From the human T2T-CHM13v2.0 reference genome, Homo sapiens: a DNA stretch of 64,000 nt. Position numbers and translations under genes: made by a program. Shown here piece after piece: positions 1 through 11,100 of the stretch (position 1 is its first letter; each line of letters opens with the position of its first letter). The notes under the pieces were generated by a model. The model saw only the letters and a list, made by a program, of their open reading frames with translations, ran no database searches and was not told where the DNA came from. The stretch is taken from NCBI RefSeq assembly GCF_009914755.1, contig NC_060926.1; one strand, given 5' to 3'.

Positions 1-120
1 TGAAAACTAGGCTAATCTTATCTTTGATTTTCATAACCATTACCATGCATTAAAGTGTTTAATTCACACATTTTAAACTTGGCATAACCGAGTCAGTGTA
101 ATCGAAAAAAATGTAAACCT

Positions 121-146
121 AACAATAATAACAACAACAACAACAA
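121..146. repeat. (AAT/AAC)n microsatellite
   Basis: aacaataataacaacaacaacaacaa. Confidence 0.8.
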
Positions 147-927
147 GCATTGCTGGTGTGTGCTGTGATTTAACATAAAATATTGTCTTGAAGTTTTCAT
201 ATGTAATTAGAGTAACTTATAGTTTTTGAAAGTCTTAAAGCAGTTCTCTTAGAATTATTTTATGTTAGAATCATTTCCATTGATATTTAATTTCTTCAGT
301 ATTTATGAAATTTTGAATTATGATTGCTATATACTTTATATTCACTTAAAAATTAAGTTATCTTTCCTATAAAGATAATTTAAAAATGGAGATACATGGA
401 AAAGTAAAATTTAAATTTTACTGATAAAAGCATTGATATGTGTTTTTTTCTTAAATATTGGCGTGCATTTGTTTTGTTCATTCACAATACTTTAAACCAA
501 ATAAAGTCACATTTTATTCATGTACTGTGAATAGTTAACTCAGGAGCTCTGGAAAATTCATTGTGGTTTAAGATGAATTTGAAAAAGTTACTGTTTTTTC
601 TTACCTGTTTCTAATTCACGCTACCTTATGATATTATGTATATTTTCACAAGCCTTCATAGAATCAAGTTTGAAATCATTAGATAGATAGTAAACAGTCA
701 AAAGACAGATAGCAATGTAGGTTTTCATGGATTTGAGTTGTGAAAAATAATGAAGTATTTTATTTTTAAATATCTAGATTTATAGGCTATATGGGGAAGA
801 CAAATTTTTTAAAGATTAAATTATATATATTTACCAACTTCCTGGTGAGATAGTTGAATCCAATACTATATTTGAAGGTCAAATCAATTTTTGTGCAATA
901 ATTTTATTCTATATTTTTTGAGATTAA

Positions 928-946
928 AACTTGACAAGATATTCAG
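928..946 (+). promoter_or_regulatory. Putative U12-type branch site and 3' splice site of intron 1
   Basis: AACTTGAC (cf. TCCTTRAC) with the branch A at 934, 12 nt from the AG at 945-946; no polypyrimidine tract between them. Confidence 0.55.
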
Positions 947-993
947 AGGTCACCATAACTGAAGCATCTGAAGATGACTATGAATATGAAGAG
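947..993 (+). CDS. SPAG16: SPAG16 coding exon 2 (47 nt), (Q)VTITEASEDDYEYEE
   Basis: Acceptor attcag| at 946 and donor GAG|gtaaca at 993/994. Translation matches the recalled SPAG16 N-terminus. A second AG at 947-948 makes the start ambiguous by 2 nt from the window alone. Confidence 0.9.
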
Positions 994-1589
994 GTAACAT
1001 GTTAATTTTAGGTGTTTATTCTGTAAATTTATTGCAGTCATTCTCATGAAATGCTCATTTTATTTTCTGAAACATGTAAGAACCATTCTTTTTTCTTAAG
1101 AGATACCAGTTTTTCAACTGAATTTAGCTAGTATCAGCTGATTAAGAATGAGATGTGAAAATTCTGTTTAAACATTTAAATTGGAAAATACATCTGATTC
1201 TTTTGATTTTCCTGTTAATCGTCCTTCAGGTTCAGCTCCTTATTACCTGCCTTGTAGATTCCTACCATAAACTGTTATCTCTGTTCAGGAGGCACTTCCT
1301 TCCTGTCATCCAGTCTGCTCTTGTCAAGGATTCCTAGATTCCCACTGCTCAGTTGAAGCGGAGGCCTTATGCATCCTTCCAGCTTAACAGTATTTCTATC
1401 TAATGTGGTTCCTATCTCAAAGCTTTCCTTTAATTCATTGTTCCCGAGACCTATCATTACTTCGGACACTTGGAGGATAAAATCACTGGTAGATGACAGA
1501 GGCTGTGAATGAAACTGTGTGGAAATAAGCCTGGCGAGCCTGGGTGAGCAAGAGACAGGATGAAAATTGGAGACAGGCTTTTTATTACT

Positions 1590-1712
1590 GGTAAAATGGA
1601 GATTATGTGTACCACATGAAGTTCCTGAATGAGTTAATAAATGTAAAAGGCCTAAACCAGTGATCAGTACATAAGAAGCGTGTGTTAAGTCTTAACTGTC
1701 ATTAATCATAAT
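1590..1712 (+). mobile_element. MIR 3' fragment
   Basis: gtaaaatggagatta...gagttaataaatgtaaaagg...cagtacataagaagcg resembles the MIR core and tail. Confidence 0.55.
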
Positions 1713-2144
1713 TGCAATCCATCACGTCCTTTCAAGATTTTAATGCTCAGTGAGTTTTATTTTTTAATAAACGAGAGATTTTCAGTTGCTAGTAGTTCTG
1801 AAAAAGTGATGGTGGAAAGCACTTGAGATGGGGCAAGAATGGTGATATTTAGATAGCCTTATTATTTTTTCAGCAGAATTGTTAGATTACATTTTCTATT
1901 ATAGATAAAAGCAGTTGCCCACAAACTAATCCTGAATTTATTAGAAGTGACGTTTATTGACATTTACAAGGAAGTCAGAAGAAAGCAGTTATTCATTTTT
2001 CATGGATCTTCAGAATGACATGGTATTTTACATAAAGTATTTCTTTGATCCTTTGATTTGTGAAGCAAAATTATTTCTGAAGTGAAATAAAGTATTTTAT
2101 ATTTCTGCTCACTCTTCCTATCCTTCTCTTTCTCTGTGATCTAG

Positions 2145-2240
2145 ATACCAGATGACAATTTTAGCATCCCAGAAGGTGAAGAAGATCTGGCAAAAGCAAT
2201 TCAGATGGCCCAAGAACAGGCTACAGATACTGAAATTTTG
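2145..2240 (+). CDS. SPAG16: SPAG16 coding exon 3 (96 nt), IPDDNFSIPEGEEDLAKAIQMAQEQATDTEIL
   Basis: Long pyrimidine tract then ctag|ATA; donor TTG|gtgaga; phase 0-0, continues the exon 2 frame. Confidence 0.95.
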
Positions 2241-4190
2241 GTGAGAATTTGAACACTAGTGTAGTCTATAGTTTAGTGGTAGTGCTTTTTATATGAAGTT
2301 TGGAAAGTCTTTTAAATGTAAATACTAGTGTAGCTCAGTCATCTGTTATATCATTTTCATCTCTGTTTATTTGTGATCAAGCCTTCACTTTAAGGTAAGC
2401 AGTCATATTTACTCTTTTTTGGATTGCCATTCTCCACATCATGGTCACTCTTGCATGACTTTGTATCAAGTGACACCTTCTCTCTGAACTCTGATTAATC
2501 TCACTGGAGGATAAACCAATAATTTTCAACATTTATGTTTAGAATTTAGTGTCATATACAAGTTCTACAGTCTGTTTTGTAAACATTTTGTGTTTTTTTA
2601 CATGAAAGTATTAATCTTACAGGGAATGCTTAATATGGCTTTCTTGTGAGGCTTATGAACTAATTATGTTAAGGAATGTGGTGGGGGATGTTTTTTGATT
2701 ATAATACAATGAACTAAAAGTGCATAAAACTGATGGCATTCCTCTAAAATTGAAAACTCATTAAAATTGTGAACCATTTAATATGATGGCAAAAATATTT
2801 TTAAAAATGTTTTATTTTGTACCAACATTAAGAAGCATGCTTTCTTTCAGTGTTTAACCCCTTTACTACAGAGAAATGTGAAGGAATTTGTGAAACTCCT
2901 TTTTGGTTGCAGATTTGCCTTCCTCAGTGTGGAATTGTATGTGAGACTTTACTGCATATTATACCATATCATTCTTTCCATATTCTGTAGACTTCTTCAA
3001 TGTAGAAGTCCAATAACTCCTTTTCAAAATGTCTGTCCACTCAAAATTGGAATAAAAGCTCTAGAGGAAGATTTTTTCAGGCCAGAATTAATTGCATTCT
3101 GTTGTAAATGGAGGGCTGCAGCTCATAGTAAATGACATTCTCTAATGAATCCCATGGACATAGCTGCTTCTTGGTAGACACAAAGTGAAATCTATTCCAT
3201 AGACTTAGTCTGTTGGATATCTCAAAGCAATAATTTGTAGGAATAGTTTTAAAATGTATGAATAGCATTTTCAGTGACATGCAACTGATATGTTTATTCA
3301 TTTATCATCATCCTCTTGCTTTACATCACTAAGGATTTTGACAAATTCTTTATGTACCACTCATTTGTATCGGTATTTGGTAAAGTACATGTGGCTAATA
3401 CAGTGCTTGGCACATAGTTGGCACTAAATAAATAGCAGTTAAATAAGAGAATGGATAAGTGGATCATTGAATGAAAAAACTGAACAAAACTGTAATTGCT
3501 TCCTTCTGCTATCATGGTCGAAAGTGTTTGTAATGCAAAGATAAATCAGAGGAAAGTTGAGGAAGAAATACATTGTAGTAGCTGTTGTATCTACTGAGCC
3601 AAATATCAGTAATTCTTCTTTTATCAATTTATTGGAAGCTTTTCTTTATCATAACCTTACATGAGTTAACATTCTTGATTTCTGGCATGTCTGTAGCTGA
3701 TTGACTCTCATTTAGCTTCTTTTTACCTCATTTTAAAAAATTATTTGGAGGAACAGTATTATGCTGAAAATTCACAGAAGTTGTCCTTAAGCTGTTAAAT
3801 ATGGATTCATTTTATCATAAGCATATTAGTTATATTTTTTAATTTGCTTTTTATTTCTAAAGTATGTTAATCTTCAGTAATTTGAATTGTGCTATGGGCT
3901 TTCTCTTTTAAAGAATACTTATTGCTTGTTAAATCCATTTTTTGTTCTGATCTTATATATATTCATAAACAAGATATATTTTCTTCTCTGTTAAAGGATA
4001 CAGTAATCTCTATGCACAGAACTCTTAAAATTTTCATTGAAGATTGCAAGTAAATGGTTATGATACTATTAGGAAAGTTAAGTTGAAATAATGTAAATTA
4101 TCTTATTTGTTAAAATATTAACAAAAAATGACTTATTGCGACTTATTGAATAGTTGACATTTAAATACATTCTTGTTCTTATGATTTCCT

Positions 4191-4459
4191 TTTTTTTTTT
4201 TTTGAGACGGAGTCTCACTCTGTCGCCCAGGCTGGAGTCCAGTGGCGCAATCTTGGCTCACTGCAAGCTCTGCTTCCCAAGTAGCTGGGACTACAGGCAC
4301 CTGCCACCACACCGAGCTAATTTTTTTTTTTTTGTATTTTTAGTAGAGACGGGGTTTCACCATGTTAGCCAGGTTGGTCTCGATCTCCTGACCTCGTGAT
4401 CCACCTGCCTCAGCCTCCCAAAGTGCTGGGATTACAGGTGTGAGCCACCACACTGGGCC
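4191..4459 (-). mobile_element. AluY/Sc-type element with ~32-bp internal deletion
   Basis: Poly(T) then gagacggagtctc...cactgggcc; 16-bp TSD gttcttatgatttcct at 4175-4190 and 4462-4477. Confidence 0.95.
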
Positions 4460-5099
4460 AAGTTCTTATGATTTCCTTTAAATGTGGGTAGTATAGATTA
4501 AATATTTGAGAATTGATTGCATGGTTTGCTTTATAAATTTTAAATTGTGTATTTGATACTATCCGTTTTCTTAGTGGGTTCAATGATCTGAATTCTGAAT
4601 TAAATAATTTTCATTATATTTAAAGTTATTCTTGAAAAATATTGAGAAGATAGGAAATGTTATTAATCTATAACAGTTATGTAGTTTGATTATACTATCA
4701 GTAGTTTCTTGAAATTTAAGTATTTTACAGGTATGAATACAAGTAAAGGTAGGATTATATATATGTTCGTTAGATTGTGTCTGTGTGTCTGTATGTATTA
4801 CTTAGGGATATTTGTATGTAAATATATGAAAAGAAAGGTCTACTTACATTGAAGCTGGGTCTCCCCTTCTAAATTCTGAGCCTTTTTATAAGTGTATTTT
4901 TGCCATTTTTTTGGATAATTCTTCAGCCTCTTTGGTTATTGATAGTTTATTCTGTTAATTTTCAAGGTACAATCTCAGAGGTCTTTTATACTGCTGTAAT
5001 TACGTAATGACTTCTAATTTTTATAAATGTAGAATTTTGATCTTTAAATATGACAGTAGCAAGACACCCAAGTCATATAATTGTTCAATTCCCTGATGC

Positions 5100-5176
5100 T
5101 TTTCCTCCTCCTGCTACCCCTTTTCCTCCTCTTTCTTCTCCCTTCCCTCCTCCTCCTTTTCTTCCTCTTCCTCCTG
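5100..5176. repeat. CT-rich low-complexity (CCT)n-like tract
   Basis: tttcctcctcctgctaccccttttcctcctctttcttctcccttccctcctcctcc... Confidence 0.75.
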
Positions 5177-5280
5177 AGAATTTAAGTAGAATTTATGGAA
5201 TTTCTTTGGAATAATTAACTATTTTTGGAGAAGACTAATTGATGACTGACCCAAGCGAGAATGTTCTTTACCATATGTAT

Positions 5281-5748
5281 CAATAGTTCTCAAAGTATTG
5301 TGGGAGATCTTTTGGGGTCCCCAAGACCCCTTTTAGGGAATTTATGTTGTCTTTCATTTTCCAACTACACACCTGCTGGAGGATTCTCCTCATGTAGCTC
5401 AACTGAGACAACATATCACAACAGGTCAAATGCAGAAAAAAATATGGGGATCTAGCTGTTCCTCTAAATACTAAAAAGATTTGTAAAAATTTGTAACAGT
5501 GTCACTCTTCTCATTAGTTCTTTTTCTGTTTTGGAAAATGTAGTTAGTTTTTATTAAAAAAATTCTGTCTATGTTATCTGTGTAGAAGTTTTGCTATAGT
5601 TATTTTAAAGTAAATAAATGAATATTTTAAAATTTAATATCCAATATATAATTCTTGATAGGTATAACTCAGATAAATAAGTGCTGTCTGGAGTACTCAA
5701 TAATTTTTAATAGTATAAAGTGTTGCGAGAACATAAAGTTTGAGACAT
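5281..5748. mobile_element. hAT-Charlie non-autonomous DNA transposon (Charlie1-family-like)
   Basis: Ends caatagttctcaaagt... and ...aaagtttgagaca; internal ggggtccccaagacccc and aaagatttgtaaaaat...cactcttctca motifs. Confidence 0.65.
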
Positions 5749-5900
5749 TTTATAGAATTCTATTCTCAGAAATTTTCAAATATGTTAAGAATTAATATAA
5801 AAAAGTTCTCTTGCTATTATGTTAATATACCAAAATATAGTCTAGGATTAATAAATATGTATTCCTTTTATTTAGATCTTAATCTCACGAGGGATTAATA

Positions 5901-5978
5901 TTAGGTTGGTGCAAAAGTAATTGTGGCTATACCATTACTTTTAACGGAAAAAAACGCAATTACTTTTGCATCAACCTA
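5901..5978. mobile_element. MADE1 (Hsmar1-derived MITE)
   Basis: ttaggttggtgcaaaagtaattg...caattacttttgcatcaaccta palindrome with TA on both sides. Confidence 0.93.
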
Positions 5979-7371
5979 TACCATTATGTTAACTCTCACA
6001 TCATAATGCTAATGGATTAAATTCTTAAACAATTTTCATTACTTTTAGACTCAATTACTAGTCTCAAGAAAAAGAGCTGTTTGTCATTATTGAATTCCCA
6101 TTCTCTCCATGTACACACTTAATTTTAGTTAGAGACCCAGGCTCCTTGTACTCAAAGCCATGTCTACAGATTATCCAAGCCAATATATTTGACTTAATGT
6201 GAATTAAGGAGTTGATGAAATGAAGCCCCAAATAAAGTAACATTTAAGTTTTAAGACCACTTGGATTTCATTGTTTATTTTTTTGTTTCTCACTGGTCAA
6301 CTAAAGTTGTCAAAGGAACTCACATTAAAACAGTTCAAAATTTGTCAAGATACTTAATTTTAATATGTGGTTTAGCACTTCTTTGCAATTCAACATTTAA
6401 TTAGTTCTTAAGTCTGGAAAGTTTTATGTCCTCAACATCTTTCATATCCTTCTCTTTACCTTCATCCTCACTTAGTCTACCTTAAAGCTACCCTCTTTCT
6501 TTTCTCATCTGAGCTACAGCATGCTGCTGGTACTATGCTTCCTTCTATTCCCACCTAAAAGATGTGTCTAATGCAAATTTCAGTTTATCTCCCCTCTACG
6601 TAAATTCCCAATGTGTCTACCCTTCCACCTGCCTTTGCCTTCTTGATATGCTTCCTGTTTAGTTTTTCCACTTTATCTTTGGCCCTTTCTCCGTAAGACC
6701 CTGAGCCTTAATGGATTGAATTGTCACTCCTTGTTTTTGCCTCAGATGTTTTCTTGCCTTGAATATTGGTTTATCTTTCTTTATCTGTTGTATTTCCTCA
6801 TCGTCTGTAACGTTCAACCTAATAGTCTCCTTAACATAGCCTTCATTCACATATCTAAGGCAAGGGAAATATTCTTCTCCATTGTGTATCACTTCACCTA
6901 GCAGATTTCTATTGTTGCAATCATAACACAATATAGAATCCTGTCTACTTAGAAAATGTCAACTTTAGAATGTTCATAGACAAAATGAAGCTATGTGCTA
7001 GAGCTACCATTGTTTGTCCTCAACAGATTTCTGGGTCACATGTGGCTAGAGTAATTTTTGATCATTCAGCAGTCTGCAAAGTGAGACCATGTTTCGCTAG
7101 TTTGTAGATTGCTTGCTTTTTTGTGCTTATTCTGTGGTGTTTTGTTAACCTCATAATTAAGTTAGTTAAAAGCCGTAATGAGAGTTGTATATAATGTATA
7201 ATAGGGATAAAAGTGTAACTTAAATTTCTTAAGTATACATAATGGTTGCATGTATGATATCTGTGGATACCTGAGTAGGATTTTGTAATCAAAATTTGTA
7301 ACAAAAGAGCTTCTGTATTATAATGTTTTGTTTTTGCTAAATGAACCGTTCAGTTCCTCAAGACAGAACTG

Positions 7372-7452
7372 TCTTCTTCATGTTTAATTCCCAGCACCTT
7401 TCATGGTACCTGGTACATGGGAGATGTTCACCAATTATATGTTGAATAAATA
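7372..7452 (+). mobile_element. L2 3' tail
   Basis: ttcccagcacc...cctggtacatgggagatgttca...tgttgaataaat. Confidence 0.55.
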
Positions 7453-7503
7453 TCCTACGTAAAGGTAAAAGAGATATTCATGATCACATTAGAGCTTGGA
7501 AGG

Positions 7504-7504
7504 G

Positions 7505-7537
<33 letters not shown>

Positions 7538-7543
7538 TGTGTG
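7504..7543. repeat. (TG)n microsatellite
   Basis: ~20 TG units with one interruption. Confidence 0.95.
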
Positions 7544-8134
7544 TTGTGTATAAATGCAGAAGAACTATAAATTGAGGTATATTTACAAGCTTATACATTT
7601 TATTGTACAGTATAAATAAGAACCAACACAGTTTAAGGTGGTCGTATTTCTTTTCTGTGGGAATGCTTCAAGGTGTGTGCATGGTGCACATTCAGGAAGA
7701 CACAGAATGCAAACATTTATTTGAAAGGGCAGGAATCTGCCAGGTGTGTTGCAACCGTACATACAACAAACATCCTTTAACCTGCCCATAAGTGTCTTTA
7801 GAAATGAGAATAGATACACCCTCCTGCTGTCTGTCTTCCTTTTCCTGTTTTCCAAGTTCCTTCCAACAATCAGCCTAAAATATCATTTTCAAATTTATTG
7901 ACCAAAAAAACTGAGGTAGCATTTATTGTTGTATAATGAATGTTCACTTCCAACTATATTTTGCCCTGACCTTACAATTATATATAATTTCCTGTGCTAG
8001 TAACCAGCACACTGCAAAGACTTGAAGGCAGACATCTTGTACTCTGCTAGTTTGGTATCTCCCATGACATTTGAATTGGCATCCTGTACTTCTTATGTAA
8101 TGTCTTTTTAATAATCTTTGGAAGAATAGTCCAG

Positions 8135-11100
8135 TTTTTTTTTTAATTTTTAATTTTTGAGGATACATACTAGGTACATATATTTATCGGGTACATAAGA
8201 TATTTTGATACAGGTGTACAATGTGCAATAATCACAGGGTAAATGGGGTTCTATCAACTCAAGCATTTATATTTCTTTATATTACAAACAATCCAATTAT
8301 ACTCATTAATTTAAAAATTACTATAAATTATTGTTGAATGTAGTCACTCTCGTGCTATCAAATACTAGATCTTACTCATTCTGACTATATTTTTGTACCC
8401 ATTAACCATCCCCTCTCCCCTCCCCAGCCTCTGGTAATTATTGCTCTAGACTCTGCCTTCGTGAGTTCAATTGTTTTACTTTCTAGCCCCCACAAATAAG
8501 TGAGAACATGTGAAGTTTGTCTTTCTGTGCCTGACTTATTCCACTTACATAATGATGTCCAGGCCCATCCATGTTGTTGGAAATGACAGGATCTCATTCT
8601 TTTTGATGGCTGAATAGTACTTTATTACATAAATGTAGCACATTTCCTTTCTGCACTCACCTGTTGATGGATACTTAGGTTGCCTCCAAATCTTAGTTAT
8701 TGTGAATAGTGCTGAGATAAACACAATAGTGCAGATATATTTTCGATATACTGATTTCCTTTCTTTTGAGTATATTCCTGGTAGTAGGATTGCTGAATCA
8801 TATTAAATAACTCTTACTTTTAGTTTTTTTGGGGAACATCTAACCTGTTCTTTATAGTGGTTGTACTAATTTACATTTCCACTAATGGTGTACGAGGGTT
8901 ACTTTTTCTCCACATCCTTGCCAGCATTCATTATTGGCTATCTTTCAGATAAAAGCCATTTTAACTGGGGTGAGATGATAGCTCATTGTAGTTTTGATTG
9001 GCATTTTTCTGATGATCAATGATATTGAGCACCTTTTTATTTAACTGTTTGCCATTTGTATATCTTCTTTTGAGAAATGTCTATTCTGATCTTTTGCCCA
9101 TTTTAAAATTACTTTTTTTCTTTAGAGTTGTTTGAGCTCCTTATATATTCTGATTATTAATCCCTTTTCAGATGGATAGTTTGCATATATTTTCTCCCAT
9201 TCTATGGGTAGTCCCTTCACATTATTGATTGTTTCCTTTGCTGTGCAAAACTTTTTAACTGATGTGATCCCATTTGTCTATTACTTGTCTTGGATGCCTG
9301 TGCTTGTGAAGTATTGCTCAAGAAATTTTTGCCCAGACCAGTGTCCTGAAGAGTTTCTTTTGGGAGTTTTCTCTTAGAAGGTCCACGGTTTGAGGGTGTA
9401 AATTTAAGTCTTTAATCCATTTTGATTTGATTTTGTGTATGACAAGGGATAGGGGTCTAGTTTGATTCTTCTGGATATGGATATCCAGTTTTCCCATCAC
9501 CATTCATCGAAGACACTGTCTTTTCCCCTAATGTATGTTCTTGATACCTTTGTCGAAAATGAGTTCACTGTAGACGTATGGATGTGTTTCTGTGTGCTCT
9601 GTTCTGTTGGTCTATGTATCTGTTTTTATACTAGTACCATACTGTTTTGTTTACTATAGCTCTGTAGTATAATTTGATGTCACATAATGTGATTCGTGCA
9701 GTTTTCTTCTTGTTCAGGATAGCTTTGGCTAATGTGGGACTTTTTTGGTTCCATATAAATTGTAGGATTATTTTTTCTGTTTCTATGAAGAATGTCATTG
9801 GCATTTTATTTTGTTGGGGATTCCACTGAATTTGTAAATTGCTTTGGATAGTATTGACATTTTGGCAGTATTGATTCTTCTAATCCATGAACATGGACTA
9901 TCTTTTCATTTTGTTGTTTCTTTTTCGATTTCTTTCATCAGTATTTTATAGCTTTCATTGTAGAGAGATCTCACTTGATTGGTTAAGTTAACTTCTAGGT
10001 ATATTATTTGTAACTATTTGTAAATGTGTTTTCTTTCTTGATATCTTTACCAGATTGTTAACTGTCAGCATATAGAAATACTACTGATTTTGATATGTTG
10101 ATTTCATATTCTGCAGCTTTACTGACTTTATCAGTCCTTTTGGTGAATAGGTTTTTTTCCAGTATAACATCATAGCATTTGCAAACAAGGATAATTTGAC
10201 TTCTTCCTTTCTGATTTGGATGCCCTTTATTTCCTTCCCTTGTCAGATTGCTCTACCTAGGACTTCCAGTACTATGTTGAATAATAGTGGTGACGATGGG
10301 CATCCTTGTTATGTTTCAGATCTTGGAGGAAAGGCTTTCAGGTTTTCCCCATTCAGTGTGATACTACCTGTGGGTCTGTCATATATGGCGTTTACTGTGT
10401 TGAGGTATGTTTCTTCTATCTCCATGTTTTTTGAGGGTTTCTATCATGAAGGGATGTTGAATTTTATCAAATGCTTTTTTCAGCATGAATTGAAAGGATA
10501 ATATGATTTTTGATCTTCATTCTTTTGTTATGATGTATCACATTGATAGATTTGCATAAGTTGAACCATCCTTGCATTCCAAGGATGAATCCCACTTGGT
10601 CATGATGATGACCTTTTTAATGTGTTGTTGAATTAAATTGGCTAATACGGTGTTGAGGATTTTGCATCTATGTTCATCAGGAATATTGGCCTTTTAACAT
10701 GTCTTTGTCTGGCCTTGATATCAGGGTAATACTGGCCTCATAGAATGAGTTTTGAAGTACTCCCTTTTCTTGTGATTTTTAGAAAAGTTTGAGTAGGGTT
10801 GGAATTAGTTCCTTTTTAAAATGTTTTATACAATTCAGCAGTGAAGCCATTGTGTCCAGAGCTTTCCTTTGCTGGGAGCCTTTTTATTATGGCATCAATC
10901 TTGTTATTGGTCTGTTTGGCTTTTGGATTTCTTCATGTTACAATCTTGGTAGGTTGTATGTGTCCAGGAATTTATCCATTTCTTCTAGGCTTTCCAATTT
11001 ACTGGCACGTAGTTGCTCATTGTAGCCTCCAATGATCCTTTAAAATTTCTTTGGTATTGGTTGTGATGTCCCCTTTTTCCTCTTGATTATATTTATTTGA

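Noticed and set aside
1086-1112. Acceptor-like ttcttttttcttaag|AGATACCAG resembling the exon 3 start
   Set aside because: The similarity is only 9 nt and I found no convincing paired donor; likely chance.
4154-4399. Alu-derived ORFs (also 32378-32631, 50860-51072, 59961-60161)
   Set aside because: These are typical Alu translations with no splice or coding support.
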